Positions 52,911-64,000 of a stretch of DNA of 64,000 bases are shown piece after piece. The notes beneath the pieces are model-generated. The model saw only the letters and a list, made by a program, of their open reading frames with translations. It did not search any database and was not told where the DNA came from. The number at the start of each line of letters is the position of its first letter. Positions within the stretch are counted from its first letter, which is position 1. Position numbers and translations under genes: made by a program. Source of the stretch: the human T2T-CHM13v2.0 reference genome, Homo sapiens; assembly GCF_009914755.1 (NCBI RefSeq), contig NC_060928.1; one strand, 5' to 3'.

Positions 52911-54059
52911 TTATGCTAGGGTTCAAATCGTTTATATGGTATGACTTGATTTTAAGTCATAAAATTGCAGATAAATAGTGGGGGAAAGCCCACAAGTAAG
53001 TCTAGTGGGCTTATGGAAATCTGGTTTTTGTTATTTTGATAACTGGTATTTAAATTTTTTGTAACCAATGAAAATTATAAAGAAAAAATTAGCCATAAAA
53101 AATTCCACGGTAAATACAGGAGAGTCAATAGCTTTCCTACTAGTAATAAACAGAAACTACAATAAAAGAAAAGGACCACACTCACAATAGCAATAGAAAC
53201 CTCAACATACCTGACAATAAGTTTAAGAAGAAATGCACCAGACTTTCATTAAGGAAGGGGGCATTAAAAGACACAGTGGAAGATGTGCTGTGCTCCTGGA
53301 CAGGAGAATACAACAGTGAAAAGACATCAACTTTGCCATATCCAGTTTTACCTTAGCACACCTTCAATTAAGGTATCGGGAGGACTGGGGGGTGAATACT
53401 TAAGAAAGCAATTCTAAATTTCATCTGAAAAACAAACCAAATGAGAACAGTCAGGCCAAAGTTAAAAAGGGCGAGTAATGAGGAAGAACAGGGAAAGGTA
53501 CACAAAACTCAATACTGATGCAGGAGTAAAAATAGATAAATCAGGGGAAGCAAAGAAAAAGCCCCAAACAGGCTGTAGTATATTTTAAAACATGATTTGG
53601 CATTTTAAATCTATACTGGGTTGGAATTGACTAATTATTTGGGAAACTATGAAGTTAAATGCCTACTTCCTATCATACACAAAAATAAATTAGAAGCTCA
53701 TTAATGTAAAAACAATCATGAAAGGATGATGTTGAAATACATATACAGAGTAGAACAGAGAGCCCAGTGGCAGTGCTGGGGCTCATGGGCCTTGGTGTGT
53801 TGCAGAGGTGAAACACTGGACGTGGCCCCATGCATTGACCTGGGACAACTGGCTCACCATGGTGGAAAAAATCAAATTAGATCTTTGTTGCCACACAAAT
53901 CACAAAAATGGGGTCCAGATTGAGTACATGCCTAAACATGAAAAAAAAAAATCAAAACTGAAATAAGGCTAAAGAAAACAAAGAATACATGAGTCTCATA
54001 AATAGGAGTGTGTTGAAAAGAAACACAAACAATACAAACCATACTAAGAAATGTCTTTT

Positions 54060-57027
54060 TTTTCAAGGCAGCTGATTAGATGCATTTCAAGCATGCCTCA
54101 TCCACTTAAAAGAACCAAAATGCTATGTAGACAATCACACTTTGAATACATTATCCAAGACAGAACACAGCAGTTCAACAGAAAAGCAAAAGAAAACTCC
54201 ACAATCTAGGAAGAAGGAAAACAGGCAGCCTGCATGGCCCGGACGGGCTGGGAACCAGAGTGACTCCCCAGTACCGGAGGGGGTGATAATCTTTCTGTGG
54301 TCCACTTTCCCACTGGGGGATTGTACAATCCAGGCCATAGGAGAGCACCTTAACCCTCCCCAGTCCTGCTCCAGGGAGGGAACATGCCCTGGGTCCCACG
54401 TCCTTCCTAAGACCTAAGCAGCTAGAGTAAGATGTCATTCTTGGTCCTAGCTTTTAACAGACTGTGTGGTGCCATGAAACAATGGCGTTAGGCCTAGGCA
54501 TTAGGAAAACTTGGGCTGCTGCTTGTGGAACAAGGGTGTGAGCAGAGTGTGAGCTCCCACAACTAGAACTGGGAAGCAAGCATGGCATGGGCTGCAGCCA
54601 CCATCGTTGAAAGTAGGCACTTCCCCTGGGAACTGAGCAGGACGAGAGTAGCTGTGGAGGCTTGGTCTTGAGCTGGGTAGGGGCTCTTATGCCCCAGGGC
54701 TGAATTGTGGGTTAGATGTGAGCTGCCAGGTCTGACTGAACAGTGAGTCAGCTGTGACAGCTGGGATGGGGGAGGATGCCTGGATTGGACTGGGGTGTGA
54801 GAGGGACACAAGTTCCCCACTCTCCAGCCAAGGCTGTGATCACTGGAACAGGCCCTAACTCCCACAGCAGGACCTCAGCATAGTGGCTGTTGCCCTTCAC
54901 TCAAACATTTCACCAGGGGCCTGGGGATTGCCATGCCCTCCCTAGCCCTTCACCAAGGCAGGTGCATGCACTTTCCACTGGGGGGCACTTAACACTGGGG
55001 GTCCAGCACAAGTTCACCTGGTCTGGCTGTGCCTGCCTTCATCCCCAACAGAGTGCAGGATCCACGGTCCTGGGGGTTCCACAACCCAATTTACCACCTG
55101 GGACACTCAAGCACTTTTCCAGGGGGGCAGAGGTCAGGCATAAACACCCTACCATTACCACCTCAGCTGGCTCCTACCTGCAAGTGCTGCCTGCTGGCCT
55201 GGGGGCTGGCCTGCAAAGCCCATTGCAACCACTGCCAACACAAATGCACAGCACTTGGGACCCAACAGAGCATCTCACAACCACTGCTACTACCATCACT
55301 CAAACCATCCTGGCTGCCCAGGAGCTCGAGAGCCCACTCACCCAACCAGGACATCACTAGTACAAATGGCATCTGAGAAAGCCAACCAGAGGCCCAAGAA
55401 TTGGTCTGCCTGGAACCGCCAATACAGGTGCCAGCATATGTTGTCCCAGGGCACAAGGACAGACATGCTTAGCCCACTAAGAGAGAGTGGCTGAAACCTG
55501 AAGAGAGGCCCATCTGGCATTTTAGTCCCCACACAACTTTACCACAGCCTCCACCAATACCTACACCCTAACATCCCAAAGAAACCACAGATACCACTAA
55601 TGCTATTCACAGCCAAAGAAATCATACAGAGTCTTCACTACTACACGCACTCAGAAACAAAGCCAAAGGGTCCTACCCAACCAACAGAGAGTCACATCTT
55701 CAGGAACCCCCACACTCAAATGAAAGTAAATTAAAAAATAAGAAGCAGCAACTGTTACACCAGATGTGCAGAAATCAATGTAAGGACACAGGAAACATGA
55801 AAAAGCAAGGTAGTATGACACCCTCAAAGGAACACAATAATTCTCCAGCAATAGATCTTAACCAAAAAAGAAATCCTCAAAATCCCAGATAAATAATTCA
55901 AAATGCTGATTTTTAAAGAAGCTCAATGAGATGCAAGAGAAATCTGGAAAATCAATACAAAGAACTCAGAAAATTAATTCAGGATGAATTAAAATTAATT
56001 CACAAATGAGAAACTTACCAAAGAAATAGATATCTCTAGAAACAAAACCAAAAAAACCAACTAAACCGACTTTCTGGAACTAAAAAATTCATTGAAAGGA
56101 ATGTAAGATACATTTGAAAGCTTCAACAACAGACTGGGCCAAGCAGAAGAAAAAATTTCAGAACTTGAAGGCAGGTCTTTTGGAATCCACTAAGAAAAAT
56201 TAAAGAAAAAAGAATAAAAAGAATGAACAAAGCCTTTGAGATGTTTGGGACTACATAAAACAGCCAACTTTATAAATTATTGGTATTCCTGAGGTTGAAG
56301 AGAGATCTAAAGGCTCAGAAAACCTATTTAATAAAATAGTATATGAAAAATTCCTGTCTAGCAAGAGATTTTGACATCCAAATACAGGAGGCTCAGCAAT
56401 CCCCGGGAAAATACAATGTGAAAAGGACTTTGCCACAGCACATTATAATCAGACCGTCTAAAGTGAAAGTTAAAAAGCAAATTCTAAAGTCCGCAAGAGA
56501 GAAGCATCTAGTCATCTATAAAGGAAACCCCATTGGACTAACAGTAGACTTTTCAGCAGAAACCTTACAAGCCAGAAGAGAATGGGATGACATATTCAAA
56601 GTGCTGAAAGAAAAAGCAAACAAACAAAAACGCTGCCAGTCAATAATTCTATATCCAGTAATATAACCTTCATAAATGAAGGAGAAATAAAGTCTTTCCC
56701 AGACAAGTAAATGATGACTGTATTTGTCACCACTAGACCGGCCCTTCAAGAAATGCTCAAGGGAGTCCTAAACTTGGAAGCAAAAGGATGACATTCACCA
56801 TCATGGAAACATACAAAAGTATAAAACTCACTGGTAAAGCAATCACACAAAGGAGGAAGTGAAAGTAATCAAATAGCACCACTACAGAATTTCACCAAAC
56901 CACAATGACAAACAGAGAGAATGAAAGAAACAAATAATTTATAAAACAACTAGAAAACAATTAGCAATATGACAGGAACAAAACCTCACATATCAACATT
57001 AACCTTAAAGGTAAATGGATTAAATGT
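54060..57027 (+). mobile_element. Old LINE-1 5' portion: 5'UTR, disrupted ORF1 and the first codons of ORF2
   Basis: ORF1p C-terminal motifs IQIQEAQ..P..HIIIR..KQILKSAREK..YKGNPI.LT.DFSAETLQARREW. ORF2 start MTGTKPHISTLTL.VNGLN at ~56969. Confidence 0.85.
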
Positions 57028-57029
57028 CT

Positions 57030-57310
57030 ATGGCAGAATAACAATCCACTGTATGGATAGACCATATCTTGCTTACTTGTTCTGCTGACAGACAGTTAGG
57101 TGTTTCCACCTTTTTGCTATTATGACTAATACCACTATGAATATCATGTACGAGTTTTTGTGTGGACATATGTTTCCATTTCTCTTGGGTATGTACTAGG
57201 AGTGGAATTGCTGGGTCATATGGTAACTCTGTATTTAACTTTTTGAAGAACTACCAGACTGTTTTTCACAGTGGCTGCACCATTTACCAATGGCAATGTA
57301 TGAGGGTTGG
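57030..57310 (-). mobile_element. L1M 3' fragment
   Basis: ggagtggaattgctgggtcatatggtaactct...ccagactgtttt is a reverse L1 motif. Confidence 0.75.
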
Positions 57311-58596
57311 TTACTTTTATTTTGTAGAAAAGCAGGAAGGAAGATCAGTCTTTGAGCTTTTTACCCAAACCTCCCCCAGTAAACACAACCCTGGAGCCCT
57401 TAACAAATAAATAAAACTCTCTGGAGGGATATTTGACTGAGCAACATGGGCCTATGCTGTCTCTGCACCCAGCAGAGAGCCTCACTTGCAAGTGGCATCT
57501 CCCTCTTATAGTAAAAGCTGTCCCAGTCAGACCACGTGAAACATGACAGCTGTATCTATGGCTGAAAGAGGAAGAGCCCCATGAATAGACTGTGGCCTCA
57601 GGTCATGGATCAGAGCTGTCCACTTCTCAGTGTGAGTTTCTGCAAAGGTGTGCTGTTGCTGTCACTCACCCTCCAAGTGCTGCACACCTATCAGGGTGGC
57701 AGGGAATCAGACTGGCTCCCTTCGGAAGCGTGCACAGGTGGGGGCACACACATGCACACAGTCACATGCAGCCCAAGAGCAATCACGACAGCAGCTACCC
57801 TTTGTTGAGATCTGCCCCCCACCATCCCAACTGAGCCCCAGTCTCAACAACCTATTTGGCCTCTCCACATGGGTGCAGCAGAGATGTCCCAGGCTCAACA
57901 CATTTGCGACTGAACTCTTGTTCTGACCTCCCCTCACGTCTCGTGAAAGCACACCACCCACCCTGCTGCTGGCCCCCAATTGCCCCACTGGGACTCCCAC
58001 GTCTAGTCCATCTCCAAACCTCATCACTTCCACCTCCTAATATCGCTGGAGTCTGGACCTTTTTATCATCTCTACCGATTTTTCCCTGGCCATCATCTGG
58101 ATGGCAGCAATAGTCTCCTCTGCCTTTTTTTCCCCTACAACCCATTCTCTGCTCAGCACCATGCAATTTGAAAACTTCCTTGCTGAAAACCATCCAACAG
58201 GCATCCAGTTAAAGGTGGCACATCTGTTTCTCTCTGCTCCCTACCAAGAACCCACTAAAATAAAGCAAAGGAATTAAGAGGAATAAATCTATAAGAAAAA
58301 AGAGATCAGGAGAGGGATTATCATCAGGCAAGAGAGCTCCATATATTTATGAAAGTTCAGGAAGAGCTGGTGGTGAGAGGAGCTATGACGCAGAAGACCC
58401 AAGAATGTGAGCTCAGAAATAGGGAATAACTGGTATAACACAAGGCAGAGAGGGGGAGCTGAAAGTAGGGAGGGGACATGAATCCAACACATGTACACAG
58501 AATGGTCAAGCATCCTCTCTGACTCACCACCCATGACTCCCTACCCCAAACATTCCACACAAGTCTGTCCAGGAGCCCACTCTCCCAGACAAATAG

Positions 58597-58643
<47 letters not shown>

Positions 58644-58650
58644 GTGATGA
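58597..58650. repeat. (GAT)n microsatellite
   Basis: About 15 uninterrupted units. Confidence 0.95.
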
Positions 58651-61600
58651 TAAAATGGACCATGGGATTCTCTCTACAGAAACTGATGGTCTTGGCAAGC
58701 TCTCCAACACCCTCCATATTGCTGAACTTGACAGTCACTCCCTAGTCTGTGGCCTTCTTAAGATGCCCTGGAAGAAGAAAACCTGTTCTGTGCTGCTCAC
58801 TTCACTCTTATTGAGCAAACTCAGGAAGAGTTTACTCCGGTACTCTTTTTTTTTCTAGCAAAAATGATCTCTATGGGCCTACTACATTTATAATGCTAGC
58901 TAATGAAATTCCAGAGTCTGTCTTTAAAATGCAAGTCTTCATAATGAAAAAAAAATGAATCTAAGAAAGAAATGAAGATGTTCTCTCTGTCCTGCAGCTG
59001 TGGAGAAAGAAACATCATTCACAGATCCAATCTGAAAAGTGTTAAATGGGGAATTTTCACGTGAATAGCCATCCTGGTTTCCTGGGAACTGCAAAAACTG
59101 GCATGAATATCTTAACTACGACACTCTTCTCTCTTCTGTTACCATAAAATTGCCTTTGGAGGTCTTGCAAGACTCCTAGACTTTAGAATGTATTGCCATG
59201 TCCTGTGACAATCATCTCGAAGAAGTCTTATAATTTTGATAGACTGTCTTACTTGATATTTTTTTTGCCCAGGGAATAATGCTAAAATTGGCATGTGTGA
59301 ATGCCTAACCCATATAAATACTTATAAAACTTAGCTGTTGAATAAGAAGAGTGTCACTGGCCGTCCCCTCTTTCAGCACACACAGGATCAGTAAACAGAA
59401 AGCCCAGGGCTCTTACAGATGATTATTTAACAGATCCTTTGAGAGAGTTTTTCAGTTAAATTGCATTTATCTTTTATCATATACTAAATGCTTATACATA
59501 TCCCAGTAGGTCTTTTTATGGACTTCATTTTTTTTCCATTGATCTATTCTGGTTTTTATTCATACCACTGTGTTTTAGCAACTGTGACTTTAACATTAAT
59601 ATATTTTAGTATCTGGCAGGACTTGGTCTTTTTTAGTGCTCCTCTTAAAAAGTTTTTAGGATTATTATGCATTATTTTTGCATCATAAACTGCAGATTAG
59701 TTTGTCTAGTTACTAAAAAAACCTTACTGGTATTTTTTGGCATATTTGTTAGGACATTTCTGTATTTACATATTAATGTAAGGAGAAGTAACATCTTCAT
59801 AAAATTGAAGTTTCCAACCTGTCTTTTCTGTGCTATTCTATTTTTCACATTTCTCAGATCGTGCACATTGTCCATTATATTATTATATATATTTTCTTTT
59901 TCATTGCACCTTTTCTTCCAATACATTTTCTAACTGGTTGTTTATATTTAGGGAGGTAATTTCTGTATATTAATTTGTGCCTAGTCTTCTTCCAGGTCCT
60001 AGTTTTAATAGTTTTTAATAGTTTCCTTTTAGTTGATTCACTTGGTTTCGTAGGCAGGTAATCATACCATCTTCACCAAATGATGGGTTCACTTCCTTCT
60101 TTCCAGTTTTTAAGCTTGTCTCATTATTTCATCAACTAGAGTAACCATACATACTAGCAGCAATAGTATCTTTTCTCATCTGAGTCTCACAGGGGTGCTT
60201 TGGTGTTTCATGTGTGATCTTGCTGTTGTTTGTTAGCTTGCGGCGGGTAAATATTGTCAGCCATTGAAGGCTTGGAGGGGTTGCATGAGCTGACTGAATC
60301 TTAGAGAGATAACGGGGGTAGCATTAGGGCATGGATTGGGGTTGGGGAGTGGGGGACCAGCCAGGAAGTTATTACACCAGTAGATGTGGGAGATAACGAA
60401 GGCCTGATCTGAGGTTGTGGAAACGCGAAGAGAGAAAAGGCCTAAGGCCAGGGGGACCACTGGCCTGGCTGGGATGTGAGGTAGGAGAGAGGAAGAGGGG
60501 AGGCAGGACTGCTGCCTGCAGGTACTGGCCATGGCACTGAGCTCCCTCCAGACCCACTGAGTTTGAAATGCTTGTGGGACAGCCAGGGAAAACTGCCGCT
60601 GGGGCCTGGAATGCTTGCCTGAGGTCAGGACAGAGAGGAGCTACAATGACCATAACAGCCACATATTGCCAATGATGGACACATCAACCACTTCTGAGGT
60701 CTTGCCATAAGCCAGGCACTGGGCCATTGCTTCTCCTCTGAGTGTCACCTGATCCCATGACACCTTTGCGATGCTCTTCATCCGAGCGCTTTGCACCTTT
60801 GCTCCTTTTGCCTGGTGAGCACCCCTTCCCTTCCTCTGTTGGATTTCTCCTGACTCCTAAACACTCAGTCTCTCTTGACTTCTTCAAAGAAGCCTTCCTG
60901 ACTCCAAGCAATCCCAGCTGAGGGTCCCTTCTCTTTCCGGCCAGGGCTCAACTGTGATGATTCTAAACACAGGAGGCTAAGAGAAGGTGCGAGGCATTGA
61001 CTTGCCAAGACCCAAGGGCTCAGATCAAAGCTCCAGAATCAGACTGTATGGGTAAGGAAGGCAGCCGCTTGCTCTTGCTGGACAACTGTGCCCCCTCAGG
61101 CACATTTCTTAAAGGCCCCAGGCCTCAGTTTCCTAATCCATAAGATAGGGACAATAGCAGCATCCTAAGTGTTGGCTGGTACTCAATCAGATGTGCTTAG
61201 ACAAACCTAGACATATAGTAAGAACTTGATAAATATTAGCTATTTTTATTGTTAAAGGGATAGAATGCAGAATAAAAAGAGGGAGAGAATGCTCCTGGGT
61301 ACAGAAAGGAGGATATCCACAAGGTGATCAGAACAAAAGTGTAAATTCGGTGAATTTTTCTTCTAACTCTCGATTACAGGTCCAAATTAAACACGCATTG
61401 CATCACATGTATTGACGCCCATTAAAATTGAAGAATACTTTTAGGGTAATTTTGTCACAGTTATTTTCTCCTGGCTTTCTCCCTGTAAAGCATGCTGTGT
61501 GATTCTTTGCGTGTTGCTCAAGCTCTGGAACTTGGCTGCAGCTAACCAGAGACACCCCAGACAGTGCCAGAAGTTTGTGGCTGACAATCACCCCTTCCCC

Positions 61601-62279
61601 CATGGGTGCCCCCTCAGTATGGCACACTAATCCTCAAAACCTTGATGGGAAATGACAAAATCGCTATGGTCCTCAGGCATGCAAAGACACTTTCCTCGTG
61701 GGCAATGAGGAAACAGTTAACCACGCTTTTCCACCGAGAGTGGTGGTTCTGCTCATTCACAGGAGTGGGCGTCTGCTCTGCCCGCTAAGCAGAGCTGCTG
61801 CTTTGGAGGGTTTGTAGCGCTAGGAGGCTTTGAGGGCTTGAGAAACACTAAATCATTAAAAAATCATCAATGATTATAGAAATTTTGGAAGGAATTAGAT
61901 GTGCCAGGGATCTGGTAAATTTTTTAGTAGAAGAATCTGAAAGATTAAGCAATATCATTTAGGAGGAAATGATTGAATATGAAAAACAAAAAACAAAAGG
62001 AACCTCTGAAGCAGGGTTAATCATGGGAGGAGTCCTTTGCTATAATTAATTGTTATGGCATAACTTTCTTAAGGAAGCACCACACAGGGTCTAGGAAAAA
62101 ATAATGTATGGTAATCAATGTTTAACAATGCAGACAGCCTGAAATCAGCAACATAAATTGTATCCTAAAAGAGCAATAATCAAAATAATACAATATGGCA
62201 TCTTAATTGCACACTTATTAAACTTTATTTAAATAGAAATTCCCCTTCTGAGAAAAGCAATGAGACTTTTTCAGGGAAT

Positions 62280-64000
<1,721 letters not shown>

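Overview
Mammalian (human-type) genomic DNA, recognisable as the NAT8L/POLN locus (chr4p16.3 from established knowledge). Bases ~1060-10616 are a decayed ERV1 (MER4-group-like) provirus with a tRNA-Ser-like primer-binding site, a gag remnant and a 3' LTR, interrupted by about a dozen Alus and a MaLR LTR. It abuts a CpG island holding the complete 3-exon NAT8L gene (+ strand, 302 aa, ~5 kb 3'UTR). Convergent with NAT8L are the last seven coding exons of POLN (DNA polymerase nu, - strand). POLN introns carry a 60-bp VNTR, a processed pseudogene of the short SKI7-like HBS1L isoform, and L1/Alu/MLT repeats. No prokaryote-style novel system, CRISPR array or RNA gene is supported. The best observations: (i) a 60-bp duplication of the splice acceptor of the POLN catalytic HDE exon, allowing an in-frame 20-aa insert; (ii) a rearranged copy of the POLN last exon with an internal inversion 1.4 kb away; (iii) a GTAAG donor-like insertion at an exon junction of the HBS1L retrocopy, and apparent reuse of one L1-endonuclease target site; (iv) a 5'UTR GCC tract in frame with NAT8L. 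Repeat boundaries are approximate and subfamily calls are by eye.
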